Source: Tubulanus polymorphus
Taxonomy: Eukaryota > Animalia > Nemertea
DNA length: 64,000 nucleotides
NCBI RefSeq assembly: GCF_964204645.1
Contig: NC_134033.1
Location: 12,284,655 to 12,348,654, forward strand
Reading direction: 5' to 3'
Shown here: piece by piece, positions 38,001-53,000 of the stretch
How positions within the stretch are numbered: position 1 is the stretch's first letter
Layout of the letters: each line of letters opens with the position of its first letter
Translations under genes and position numbers: made by a program
The notes under the pieces: model-generated
Database searches by the model: none
Told to the model about the DNA's origin: nothing
What the model saw: the letters and a program-made list of their open reading frames with translations, nothing else

Positions 38001-41000
38001 AGAACTTTCAGATGATAATTCCAGGGATGAAAACGGCCCATATTGAAAAAGTCGGAAAACATTTTAAAAAAAAAGAATTTTTTTGGGGAACAAAAATCAG
38101 TAACTTTAAGCGAAAAAAGTTACTTCCTTTTGGTCAAAATATTAATAGTTTGGGCATAAATTAGAGCCGCTTTTTGAATGAGACGCCATATTGGTTTCTC
38201 CGACTCCACGGTTGTGCTAACAATTGCCAAAAACCGTCTTAAGGAGCACTCCTAACTACGGAGCGCTGCGATGTGACGCCCGCGATTGAGGTGATTAATG
38301 CGATTGAGGTGATTTACACTGTTCTCAGGAATAAAGAAAAGGTCGGAAATCCGTCTATGGTCAGAAGATTTTCATCCCTGTAATTCTATACACTTTGACG
38401 TACACTGCGATCTTCAAACCAGTTACACCTTGCCCCAATTCAAAGTGTTCGTTAATTGCCGAACTGGCTGTGGAATTTTTTGTAGATGTAGTAAGTAGTA
38501 ATAGTCTCTCACCTGAATATAACGACGCCAGGGATAAGGAGAGACCGGTATTTTTCAGCGTTTTTAAATTCGACTCGTTGCTGGTTTCGTTTATTTCCGA
38601 GTCTTCGATATCGCTCGAGTCCGGACTTCCGGAACTTTCTAGAAAACCAGAGAGAGAGAAATAACAGAAAATAAAATCAAACTCTATTTTTCAGCAAATA
38701 GCATCAGATATTTCAAAAATCTTGAATCTGCAAGTTCCATTTGTTAAAAATGTTTTCGAGCTAATTATCTGGGAAATATAAACTGAGCCAGTTGCACAGG
38801 CATGGCTTCCATTTGAGACCATCTTAGGCATACAGTCTTAAGATCTAGACCGACTTAATTTTTAAATTCATGATTGCGCAACTCTACACTCATGGCTTTT
38901 ACTAGTCAAAGACCAAATTAGATCCATAGCCGATCTAGGGTAAGTAATAATTTCGGATTTAAGTTAGGACCGCAACAGTGGCCCTAATGTCGTAGCTATT
39001 GCTAACTCACCGGAAGAGCAGAATGATTCAGCAGTAGAATCCAATCTCGTCGATGAAACTGTCCTCTGTTTTTCGATTGCGATGAAAAGAAAAACGATAT
39101 AGCATTGATGAAATAAACATCTATCGGTATTGTAACGAAAAATCGTCACTACTTCAACTATCCACTGTTTAACTCTTGGCAAACTTTTGAGCGACAGGAC
39201 CCAGGATTTATAGGCATGAACCCAACAAGAAAACCGTGAAAGGTCTTCAGGTATACTACGATAGATTAGACAAGCACAAGGAAACATTTCAGTCTCTTAT
39301 TTTCACTCTTATCGCGTCATTTACTATAATTTCATTGAAAGTTTCTATGCCTCTTGTACCTTAATTTTTGATTTTTCGCGTTGTTTTCGAATACGAATCC
39401 GTTGTTGTTGTTGTTGTTGTTGTTGTGGTTCGTCTGCTTCGTCGCCGGTAACAGATGGCGATGACGACGATCCCGTGGACGGAGACGGTCGCTGCTCCTC
39501 GTTACATTTGATTTGTTCGATCGCAGCAATCATCGCTTCGGAAAACGTAAAATGAGCATTTTCCTGCAAATGCAAAACATGAAAACTTTAAAAAAAAATT
39601 TTCCCCGCTAAAAACCCTTTTCCTTTTATATTTTCCCCTGAAAATACTTTCGAGAAAATTTTTTCCCGGAAAAATGGTTACTTCGCTTTCAGAAAATTTC
39701 CTTTTATTTGTAATTTCTCCTGGTTTCCAGAAAAATTTTTTTTTTAAATATTTCCATGAAATAATTTTTTTTTTGAAATTTCATTTTTCAAGAAAAATTG
39801 TTTAAAAAATTTTTCACCGTGTGAATTTTCACATTTCGACGTGAAACGAGGATTAAACGCGATCGTACCTTATCGAGATCGGCGCAGGTGTGAAAATCCT
39901 GCGATGAAAGAAAACTGCGAAGCGACTGGCCTTTCCTCGGACGCGGAAAATAATATTCGGACATCGGACTGACCATGTGACTACCTAGGTAAAAATACAG
40001 CGGAAAAAATGTACCTCCACACAAAAGAAATCAAAGATTTTAGGGCTTTACGAAACATTCTTGGAAAATCAAAAAGAAAAGGGCATTCTGGCAGTGCCTT
40101 CCTGCCTCCTTATTATAATAATGATAACTTTTTAAATAAGATTTTCCTTCAATTATGACACAATTTAACAAGCAAAAGTATAAATGATACAATTATAAGT
40201 ATGATATTCATGTTGGAATAGACGGGTAAAAGTTTCCAACAAAAACGGAAATTGCGCGTTTTAGATTTGGTTTAATGTCTTAAATCTATTATCATCAAAT
40301 TATGACTAATCGAAAAGCGGCAAAATCCGCAAACCGAAATTCCTGGATCGTCATACCTTCCTCTAACATGCTATGTCGTCTGATTGGTGGAGGTACGGAC
40401 GACGAATACGAGGCGTCTGCCTCGACGTTACTGCTCCTCCAGGTAGCCGGCGATTTCTGAACTGTTTTGTTGAACGTGAAATCCGAGCGCGATCGTACGT
40501 GCGTTTTCGCCGGTCTCTTCGGTCCGGTTTCCTCGTACCGGGCGACACCGGCCGATGTCGGCTGATTTCCCGACGCCGGAGTGGAATCCAATCGATCCAA
40601 CGTTTCTTCGTTATCTACTATAGTTATCCGTTCTATAGAAACCGCGGGTCTATCACAGTGTACGTTATCGTTACTATTACTACTATTATCACAGAACTTT
40701 CCTAGTTTCAAGTTCGTATCACAGGGGGCGCTTTTTTGTACCGGTTTATCGCCGAGCGACAGCTGGCGTTTACGTCCGCGGTAACGCGTAGTCGTCGTCG
40801 GCGACGAAGACAACAACGCCGCGTTATCGATCGTTTCTAACGAATGACGTCGCGCGCGATTCAGCAGCAGGTGACGCGACGTCTGAAGTTCAAGGTTGTG
40901 CGGCACGTCGTGTATCGAGCCGAGGGAGTGCGACAGTTCCGCGTTGCCGGTTTCCATCTCGGGCGAGTCGCCGGATTTTTCGAGCACTTGTAACAACGCA

Positions 41001-44000
41001 GTCTTCGCCATCGAACTCGTTTCATCGGGACTGTTCGAACCTGCGCGTAAAAATCAACACGAATGCAAAAATTGATACGCTATATCAGGAAATATCTGTA
41101 GTTCTAAACTTTATTCCCTACCGTGGCCCAATTTCAAATTACAACTGACTGAACACGCCTGTGTGAATAGAAACGTGCCTTAACACGTTTGCTGATGATT
41201 TTGAGATATCTCGTAGTTCTCGTTCTGCTATCATTGCCACTACGAGATATCTCACAGTTCCGGTTCCACCATCATATCTGATATCTCATACTGGTAGTTT
41301 CAGTGCTCTACCAGTAGCCACTACAAGATATCTCATAGCTGGTCCTTCACTGTTAGATATTTGAGCTCGGCCAATTGGAATGACACAGTTCGTGTGATTG
41401 GCTGGCATTGTGAACAAACCCTGCTTCAATCTCAAAGCTCATTGGTCAATCGTGAACAACCATGGCTGACCATGTAATAGCTCTATAACTAATTACGCGA
41501 TAACTCGTAGTAGGAAGTGGTGGTCGTACCGAGGTGACACGTACCTACACTGATAGGAGTGGCGTGTCCTCCTGACGTGGACATCAGGCTCTCCTCTCGA
41601 CTCGGAGAGATAAAAGGCGGCGCCAGCCGATCTTGAGAGCTTTTCCGTCGTATCATGATAGCCGGCGACGATTTCTTCTCGAGTACCGACGACGTAGTGT
41701 GCGACCTTGACCTCGCCGTACCATGCGACGACCTCAGCTGAAAATGTATCAACCAGCTCGCGGTTCAATGGGCGTTCTCTGAATTCAGTGAAATTTGAAT
41801 ATATTTTGACCGGTGACACTCAATACGTGATCCCCTAACTGAACATTGGCCATTGCCTCCTTTGAAATTACCCGGTGCTTAGGCTAAAAGAAAATGATAC
41901 CTTGTTTCTCCTTATCAACTGGGAAATTTTTGTAAACTGCAATAAAATTTGAAATCATTTCTATAGGTATCGCTAGGTGCCATGTCTGTTATTGTTAGCC
42001 TGATCATGATTTTAGATATGTAATGTACAGGGTAGACAGGCAGCCAGCCGAGTAATAGACCAGGAGCCACGGACATTTTATTCATAGGAAGAGAGAAAAA
42101 TTGTTTAACATGCCAGTACCTTACCGACAGGTCATCGCCTGTACCTTTGGCCTAGGTGGGCCCCTAAAAGGGGGGTAAAATTTATCTTTATTCAAAGATC
42201 ATTAGAAATGCAAAATTTTAATCGATAATCATAGAAATGAATATATATATAAGCTTTTATAAGCTCGGCAAACGAAGAAACAAGGTATTAATCTTTTTAG
42301 CCTTATATAGGAGTCATTCCAAGAAAACCAAGGTTCAGGCTTGAGGATGTCTGATCAGTTTAGGAGGTCTGTCGGTAAATTAACAATTATCTTGAACATA
42401 TGTATTGATAAATAGGTTAGCTAACAAACTGACCAGGTAAGCCCAAATCTGCTTATTGACTTACCAGATTAGGGTTGATATCCGCTAGAATAGCGGGGTT
42501 GTTCTTCTCCACAGCCTGCAAACAAGTAAGCATAGCTCCATAGTACTCCTTACTACATAGAAACGCGTCATCTGAAATATATAAGGAAAACTATGGATTC
42601 AGCGGAGATTTTCACAAAATCCAACAACTGTGCAGCTTGCTCCAGCGTCACATTAAACCCACACAACTGTGGAACTGGATCCAGAGTCTGATGAAACACA
42701 TATAATTCTTATTATTAACCACACATAATTCAGAACTGGATCCAGAGTCGAATTATACCCACACAACTGTACAGGTTGTCCTAGAATCACATTAAACCCA
42801 TGCATGTGGAAATGGATCCCGAGTCAAATCAAACCCACACAACTGTGGAACTGGACCTATAGTTTCACAGTTGTAAGTTAAGATTTGACTCAGAGTTAAC
42901 TCGCTGAAAATGAAGAGATTCTAACTCACAAACGTGTGGAACTGGATCCCAAAGTCAGTGTAAATCTAATGGTAATTATGCGAACACTTTGTGAATGTTG
43001 ATAGCATACATATGTACCTTAAGCAAATATGTACCTAAATCAGCTAGAAAGGTTAATTGGAAGTCATTCTGCGGCCGATTCGTCCAGTTCGCCGAGAGTC
43101 GAACTCGAAACCATTTCAATTTTATATCGGGTTTTATGCACACTTTCCACAAGCTGTCGTTAGTTTTACGTTACAGAGACAGATGTTTAGACGAGATCAT
43201 CTATCTATCTATCGCACCCCTCTCTTTCCAGGCCTCCATATCACAACACGTGCCCTGACAAAATCTTCTATTCGCGATATGGAATTACGATTCATTTTTC
43301 CGGGCAGCGGTTAAAAAGTCGGATGAATCAATACTTAAAAATTCTGATGAATCATTACTTAACCAGGGCTTGCAGGCCGTCATTTTAATGCACGTAGCTC
43401 GCTACAGCCAAAAGATAGTAAGAAATCTATGAAAGTTTTTCACCATATGAAGAATATTGAACTAGGAGGATATTTATATGAGGGATTTGGGGGGGGTAGA
43501 GATTATAATCTGTATCATAATAATGATATACGTATTGGGCAACATTTCAACCATCCAGTTAAATCATCCGAAATGAACTAACGCTGAGGAGAAACTGTGT
43601 CAGATCAGTGTTTATAAACAGTAGTTTTATAGAACCTACTACGCAGTAATATTGAAAGCTTGTACTGTTTATCATTACCAGTTAAACCTACTAAGTATTA
43701 TCCGTAAAAAGAGACAATTAGACCAAAACGCTTTAAGACATTGTGCTGAATCAACCGCTGGCCAGCACCTTACTGTATCCCGCAGCCGTCCTAAGTTGCA
43801 TTCAGTGTGGAACATGTCCCACAAAACGTGGAAATGCAAGGCTTTCACAAAGCTTGTGAGACAGTCACTAGCAAATGCTACCGATTACAGTTTACCGTAC
43901 CAAACACTGCATATTCAAATCAAATTCTTAATAAGTATCTCAAGTGATCTTATACTGAGACGGACACTCGATCTCAACCGTTTAGAAGTGTCACCAAAGA

Positions 44001-47000
44001 GTCCCCGATCATAATGAAAAACCAAATAACGAATCAACAAAACAAATACCTTAGATATTACGAAGTTCGTTCCTTCAGAAAGATCATAAATATCCCAAAC
44101 ACTTTTCATCGCAACCAAAACTATGCTGTACATGTCGCATAAATGTCAGCATTACGTCATCGACCAATTAGCTTTCAGGATAGAACAATTCATTCGTGAT
44201 ATCATCAAGTATCGACCAATCACCTTGCAGGATAGACAATATGAGCGGTATTCTAATTTGACACTGTGTGTATGCGTGTGTGTGCTGTTACATGAAACCT
44301 TTGAAATAAGACACTCTCGCATTCCAAGCATATGTTCGTGACATACGTAGAAGCTACCCCGGGTTATTTTCGGTTATTTTCTCAACGATTCAAAATTAGA
44401 CACCTTTAGAAAAATATATCTTTCTCGAAATTCATTGCGAACAGGGAAGAACGCGCGAAAGAAAACGTCTCAGGCATCCCCGGAGGGTGCAATGTCTTTA
44501 TTCCATGAAAATACTAGTTTCAATCCGGTCAAAATATATACCAGCCATTCATATAAACCACCACATATAAATGTTTTTATTAAGAAACCTGATTTCATCA
44601 AGAAAAGCTTCGATCACGCACTCAACAGCCAACAATATGACTAGAAACCAGTTCTACAATTGACCGTTTCCGGCCTTAGTTCGCTTATGAATACATGGGA
44701 TCAACCAGAACTATGGGTAGATGATTCCGAGGTCCAGACCATAGAGGCCATCCATGTGCACCACTCAAGTCAGCACCGCTCATGGCTGGAACTGCAACTG
44801 TTTTTAAACAAAATGCATATAAATCATTGTAGACTGGATCGAGGCAGTATGTCACTGTGTATTCGTGTTAATGATCCCCGCTAATCACTCGCTTCCTAGA
44901 AAAGCCTTTCAGTAATTCCATTGTTTATAGAATTAATTGCGTCAGTTCTCATCTTCTTGTCAACTCTTTTTAATGCACCGCAGCACAGCATGAGGTCAAT
45001 GTGATCTTCAATTTTATTGTGTATAGCTTCATCATGACCTAGACTGATGTGTCCCTCATCAATTTGTTTGATAAAATAAGCAATCCACGATTCTGAAACA
45101 CTGTCAGAAAATTTACAACATATCTCATAAACCCACAGATTTAACTAGCTAGAAATACTGACATTCTTTTCATGCCGAATGACTTTGACGATTCAGCACA
45201 ATTACGATCAGCGACTTTTGACCTGTTCTAATCACTCCGTTGAATTATGATTAGTCGGCCGGCCATATTTCGACGACCTGATTTACAATAACTTGGACGA
45301 TTGGGTAGAATAGTTGAAGAAGAGCCGTGTTGATCTCAGCAATTAGAAAGCAAGCTATAGCTCACACCTGACGATGATCTGTCTATAGCGCGATAGATGT
45401 GTCTAGAGCTCACACCTGACGATGATCTCTAGGGTTAGATCGAAACGTCGTGTATTCTATATATTTTAGATTGTTCGAATAAATAAATTCTTGGTTTTAA
45501 AATTCTTTTAATCTGTAGATAGTTGGTTTTTATCTTATTATCCGTTCACGACGCTCGAGTGTGGTTATCGTTCTTTTAAGAGCAGTGTTGTTAACCTGGT
45601 GTCAAGACAATAAAACGTGGAGCTGTGTTGTAAAATGTTGAGACTTTGTGAACTAAGTCTAACCACTCGTTGGTCATTTTGTTCTACAATCACCCTCCTG
45701 TCTTGGAAATGATCCATTTTGTTCAAAATCCCCTGTCCATAATCCACCCCAATCTGTTGAATAACGGGCATAGCGCTTTATAGCGAATACACTGCGGTGC
45801 GGTGTATCATTAGTTACTTACATTTTCACTATGTTTGACAGGTGCTGCCATTTTTCAATAGCGATAAAAATTAGTTACTAATAACATCAATACACCGTGG
45901 TGCGATGTACTATCACCGTCCATTACTGATTCATACAACGCACTGCAGTGTAGATGCACTGAAAGAGTTAGAACCATGTCTGTGAGCAAACGATGTCAAG
46001 ATGACTAACATTAACTTAAACGGGCTAAGTACACAGATCACAAGTTGGCTAAGTTAACTCGAAACACACGGCCCCGCGATGAAAAACATCCCCGAAATTA
46101 ATACAGCCCTGTAAGAAACTTGCCTGTCAAGCGTCGTATATCGAAAAACGAATCTATCGATGAATGAAGCGCTGAATTTGTCAACAAGTAGTGAATATAT
46201 CCTACAGTTCATATACACAGCTTATACACGTACTGCAAAACAGCACACGCAGCCCGTGTAATAACCAAATCTGAGTCAAGAGGCTTTTCGCCTGACACCA
46301 AAACTTGCTAATATTATATATCTACATCTGATAACGTGGTTATACGTGTGGTAGATGGACGAGGGGGAGTGTAAGAGGGTCATCGGTCACCTTCAATCAA
46401 TAATATTGATTTCATCTATTATCAGCCCTATACGTATAGAATTATCAATAGTATGTATGATTTCCTTTTTACATAAGAAAATGAGGAAATTCACTATTTT
46501 TAGATCAATCACAATTCACGCATTAAATTCGTGAATAGCGTTAGGTTGTTTTTATGAAAAAAAGAATAGCCTAATTATGCTTTAACGCTGTGACAACATA
46601 ACAATGTATATATGGTATTCAAAAGCATTAGACAGGTTAATGAATGTCTATTATACAGCCTCACTTGCCACATTTCCATAAACCATTCAATTCTGACCAA
46701 ATAACGTTGAAATTTGTATCCTTATACAATACTAAACTCGATTTCTAATTCGGTAACATCCTAATTGGGTAAAACCAGATCCTGGTTCCAACAGTACTGA
46801 TTTAGGCATAGTTTACCGCACTATTTCTAAATTATCTCATTGTCTATTTCTCAAAACTGAAAGAGTTTCTAACATTTTGCTCAAATTAAAAGCATTTTCT
46901 GTTTAGGAGTTTTTAAGGAATCAAGTGGTCGTAGGGACCCTGTTTAAACCAAGGACAAATATCAAACTCTGTTCTCCTTTAGCCTGCGAAAATAAATACC

Positions 47001-50000
47001 GGTTACTGCTGCCATCTTGAAACTAAACCCTATTTTCTCGAAAAATCACTGCCGGCCCTCGGGGATATCTAGTCCCGGGATCAAAGGGTTAACCAATGCC
47101 CGTTTATTACTTACCCGAACCTTCACCCAGCGGTTCAAGTGAATATTTCACGAGTCTTATCGGTTTATGCGCCACCTGGCGGCGGCCGGTTGAAGCGATC
47201 GGCTTGTCGTCTTTCTCCGGAGCCATCAGTAATGAATACAAAGTATCCATCGCGTTGATCAGAGCGGACGGACTAGAATAAGTCCGCGTCCGTGTCCGTT
47301 GTTTGAAATTCAACCTATAGCGCGTTGAAAACTGCGATCGAAAATCCTGGCGATTCCGATACGAACACCGCTCGCGACGCCGAGCGCGATATCCTGAAAT
47401 TCTAGCGTTCAGATAGTGGTATGATCTTCCGTTGGGAAACTATTTCTTCTTTCCCGCGAGCGCTGGCTTTTTATTCCCGACCCGACCGGTGCCAGTGGGC
47501 CAAACGATATCAACCGTAACGAAACGAAATCTTTAAATCTATCTCTCCAAATCAGAGTGACCTCTTGAGAAATTTTCCAGCAATAACCTCGCGATAACCC
47601 CTTAAAACATACCATTAAGGATTAACGGGGCACTGGCTTTTTATAGATATTTGAGTTCGAACTAACTGACTCGGTGCCAGCGCGCCGTACAATATATCAA
47701 CTGCGACAAAACGGATTCTTTAAATTAATCGCACTCTTTGCCAATCGGATTGAACTGTTAAGAAATTCACCTCGTGACAACCGAGGATTAACCTGTTTAA
47801 TTAGGGAACAATACTTGTCACATATTTGCGGAATGCCTTTTAGTAAGGCAGGGATCAAGGATCGCTTAGAATGTGAAACCTTTACATAATAGCCCAAACA
47901 TTGGATTTGATTCCGTGCCAATTAAGTCCACTCGACCCGCCTTCGGACAATACAGCTGGTTCAAAGAAAGAGGTCACCAGTCAATGAAGTAAATTTGTAC
48001 GGCATAATTGACCTCCATTCAACGAAATCTGTTAATCCGTATTTGAATTCTTTTTCGATCTCTCCTTCAATCGGTTAGAAAATGTCGCCAAAAATCGTCG
48101 AAAACTACGTACTTCGAATTATAGTGCGTTGAATTCCGTGAAACACCGCACCAGTCAAAACCTATGATTCCGATGAACTGCGCGTGACATCCAGCACTTT
48201 TCGCGCAAATTCTGAACTCCGAACTCTGGCAAAAAACTTTAGGTGTTTGATATCCGCAACATCTAGCAAATCGGCAAGCGGCTAGAATGGCCGATACTGC
48301 AACTAGGGGACATTTACTAAAAACTTTTGTTGAAAATTCCACTTTTGAACGTAACTACATAGCGACTTTAGGCGACCGATATCCACATCTTACATAGCAA
48401 CGATGATCTAACAGTTAGGAAGGCGTCACTGGTGTTTATAACGCTAGGTAAAATTTCTACAAACTGCTAATGCTGCCTATATAATACTAAGCGCCGCAAC
48501 TAACACCGAACAATTTCATCTTCCTTCTTAGATGAATCGCGAGTTCCAAACATTAAAGCATGTTTGTTGACGATAAAACAATGCGTAGTCAGGAACGAAA
48601 GCGCGTGGTGTTTGAGTTTATCTGGCACGTTGCCCTGTCGCTGATAGTAGAACTACGTACTTACGACTTACAATCATTTCATGTGATTATTAGTTTGTAA
48701 TTCAGTGAAATAAACCACGATTATGCGCACTACGACATTATTGAAGTTGATAGTATAAATTCGAATGGGTTCGTGCCAGTTTTTAATTATTAAGTAAATT
48801 AGTAAGCTTACATCAATCACCACTAACCCTCGGTGCGTTGTTCGCCGTGGCGACAGTTCAAGGACCGGCTATATAACACTAGTTGGGATGAACTTTTTAT
48901 GGTACCCACCGGCAATCAATTTTCGGGTACCACCTTGTCAAGACAAGAGAAAAGAAAGATGAAAAATGAAAGTCAGACCCGCGTTAAGTGCTGATTAAAA
49001 TGAATACCCAAAAGTGATCAATTTTGAAAATTCCACCATGATGTGTTGAATATGCGTTTACACAACGGTGCAGCGTATCATTAGTTACTAATATCCCACT
49101 ATGTTTGACAGATACAGCCATCAAAGTAATTACATGTACTAATAACATCAATACCATCACCGATTTATACACCGCACTGCGGTGTAGACACACTGAAAGT
49201 GTTAATTCAGATTTGGTTTCCCGAGCGTAACCGTCAAATGTTACTGCATCAATCAAGCATTCGCAAGGGGTCCTAGTTGTAACTCCAGGCCTTTCGTGCT
49301 TCAATTTTTTCCGCATTCCAATCCAAATTAAAACCGAATCGAACTTTTCTAAATGAACTAATACTTAATGAACTTTCAACTATACTTGAGCCCATCTTTT
49401 TGTGGCAACTCCTTTAATATGTTTTGGAGCCAAAAAAAAAATTGGGACAAGGTTGATTGAAAATGAACAAATATCGCATACATAAAACTGACTGTTAATT
49501 ACATTACCAGTCATCGTAAAGCCTACATAGCCTTGTACCTGATTACTACACTTCACATAGAATAATGGGGACATTTTCATTAAATACATACCACACGCGG
49601 GTATTATAATAGTTAATATTCCTATCAAGGACACAATGAAATAGATACTTCCAGGAATGGATTCCACTGCGAGTTGAGAGTCCAATTCAGCTGATCGCCG
49701 AATCAATATTTACAATATATACACGAGTGATGATATATTTTACGACGTATATTTGGCCTTCACCCCCGCTACGCAGTAGTACGTACTGTAAACAAAGACA
49801 TCGGGACGTCACAGCTGTGTGCGAAACAAAGCACGCCGCCCGACAGTACGCGCACACGAGACAATTAAATCAAATCAATGTCTTAATTAATTAAAGCACT
49901 TTCAGTACTGGAGACGCGCTGATAATTCTGGAGTTGAATTATCTCCAGCATTTTAGACAAAATCAAATACATTGGCAATGTAGGATTCCTTGACCCTGAT

Positions 50001-53000
50001 AAGAAAAATAAGTAAAGTACAAGATCCTCAAGAGATCTACAACGAAGAGGTTCTTTGTGTTACTCATCACTAGCAGAAGCAAACAAGCCATGAATTGTTT
50101 AAACTGCTCAAACAAGTAAAGAGACAGAATTCCTTCAGATTCAGCTGAATCTTAAGCATGGTGGCATGCCTGATTTAAAAATCTCGCTGACTTAAAGCAT
50201 TTTTACAAAATTCCCCGACTTTCAAAGCAAAGAAATTTCCCTGACTTTTCCCTGATTTCCGGGTTAGCTACCGCCCTGTTTAATGATTCTATGCGTACCC
50301 GGTATATCCAGGATTTCCAGATCAAAAGGTTAAAAAATACAAAATGCGACTCACCGTGGTAGTATTCGTGTAGATGAGTTTCATCAGCTACGAGAATCAT
50401 CAACTGACGCGCGAGCGTGTGCTGTTCGATGCTCTGATGAACCCACGTCTGTCCGGCCAGATTATCACCGCCTCCGCATTGTTCCACCAGGTGGCGAATG
50501 CGTGCGATGAACAGCCCAGTTTCGGGCGACAACAATTTGACAGCTTTCACGAAATGCCAATAATCCTTCGGCCCCTGTAATGAAATCAGCCGATGATGGA
50601 CGGACGGTCCGGTTTAAAATTTCAGAAAAAGTTTCATTTTAAAAACATTTCGTACCTGCGTGATTTTCAATCTATCGTACAATATATCTTCCACATTCGC
50701 GCAAAGCCGGGAAAGTCCGCCATACGTATTCCAAACATTAGTGTTACCGAAAGTAAGAAGTCCTTCGGCCGTAGTTTTCAGTTGCAACAATAACTTTAAA
50801 TGTCCGTTCCTGTTTAATAAAGACGAGAAATTTGAATAATCTGATTTCAGGATTAGCAGAAGAAAGTGGATTAGGGAGTGAAATTATGTGTTACGATCAG
50901 CCTAGTGGTAATGTACCTAACCACAACATACTGGGCCAACTTCGGTTTTCGTAGCTAGTCGACTAGTGGTCGGAACTAATAACCGAACACACTATAGTTC
51001 GGTCGTAACGTATTTCACAGTGTCGGCCATCTTGAACCTAGGTCCGAACTGTAGCGACAGTGCTCAATTGCGTGGTCGACCATTTCCGGACTATAGTTCC
51101 GACTAACGGATATTCGGTTTCATTTAGTTCGACTATAGTCGACTAACTCCGATAACCGAAGGTGGCCCTGTTGGTAATAACATTGGCACCACACACACAC
51201 ACAGTGGAAATGTTACCTAAACTACAGTTAGCCGATTAGATTTGGAATAAGCTTTCGATTTAAGTTAAGGATTAGGCGTGCGTTCAGCTCATATTTGAAG
51301 TGTTGGGCACCAGGGATATTCATAGTGATAGATATAAGCTCAGCCTGAACTCAAACTACAAGCCCCTTTCGCTCGGCCTTTTTTAGTGTCGTGGGCATAG
51401 TGGATCCAGTTCCACTGTTGTGAGTTAGAGTTAATTCCGAGTTAAAACCAGTTCATTTTCAATGAGTTTACTCAGACTTAAATCTTAACTCAGAACTGTG
51501 GAACTCACAGGGACTTGTCACAATTGATAGTGAATGAATAAAACCAATATCAATGACCAGGTCCACTATCCCTTTATAATATAAAAACAAGGGTGGCAAC
51601 AAATTGTTAATCTGACAATGACTTCTCCACTTCAATTGACTGTAATTCCAAAAATTCTCAACCGATTCACATGAAATAAGCTTTAATACAACCTAGAAGA
51701 CTTTCTGCTTCGAACGAGCCTTCAACCACCACTATTATCTCACAACGACAATTATCTCACAACGAAATCACCTTTTTTTGACGAGAGATAGCTCAAAATG
51801 GAGGTCTACCGATTCTATGGTGGACAGCAAAATGGTCGTTTTTTTCACTTCAAACGATGATTTCTATGATCTTAGAGAAAACCCCAACAAACCATACATT
51901 TTTTAAAACTACGCGGTCATACCTGTACGCTTATCTCATTTATTTGTATAATCCTCGCGATGGGTGAGCTCACAAGCTCAAAATCGAACAAATATACGAA
52001 AAAGTCACCTCGCACTATCGCGCTGGCGGCCATTAATCACGTGACGTGCAGGTTCGGGCTATGTTAATAGAACCGCGACAAGTCTACGTCTGTAGACTTG
52101 AAAAAAGGAAATATTTGCTAATAATACCACCCCTCAGACGAATGTTGCACTATATTTTCATAATACGGATATTTTATTAATTAACAGAACTTTTAATAAA
52201 TTTTGTAATGTTTTTTGAAATCTCTAAGCCAATCAATGCGCGTGAAATATTTAGCCCGTTACTACGATATCACGTGATTAATGGCCGCCCAGTTGATGAC
52301 AAGTTGAACGCCGTGTTCGTCCTCATTTTCGATTTTGAGCTTGTGAGCTCACCCATCGCGTGGATTATACAAATAAATGAGATAAGCGTACAGGTATGAC
52401 CGCGTAGTTTTAAAAAATGTATGGTTTGTTGGGGTTTTCTCTAAGATCTCACATAGAAATCATCGTTTGAATTGAAAAAAACGACCATTTTGCTGTCCAC
52501 CATAGAATCGGTAGACCTCCATTTTGAGCTATCTCTCGTCAAAAAAAGGTGATTTCGTTGTGAGATAATTGTCGGAAAGTGGTGGTTGTAGGCTTGTTCG
52601 AAGCAGAAAGTCTTCTAGGTTGTATTAAAGCTTATTTCATGTGAATCGGTTGAAAATTTTTGGAATTACAGTCGATTGAAGTGGAGAAGTCATTGTCAGA
52701 TTGAAAATTTGTTGCCACCCTTGTTATTTTATTATACAGTTGCAGGGATACTGGTACCCCCATCATTGGTCTCATCCATTATCAGTCGTGACAAGTCCCT
52801 GTGGTGGAACTGGGCCCAGGATGGTAGAACAGAGTTGTAATACACCACAAAAAAGGGAAAAGGGAATGAAATATTACTACTACTATTTGACTGTATACAT
52901 TTATCTGCGCATACCCTTACACTGATGGTTCATCATACCAGTACCAGAACCACACTGACTAATAATAACAGTTGCAGTGAGTTGGTGAGTTGACTTGTTG

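Noticed and set aside
44560-45110. Possible nested gene or retroelement ORF next to the hammerhead
   Set aside because: Short stop-interrupted frames with no RT or endonuclease motifs visible.
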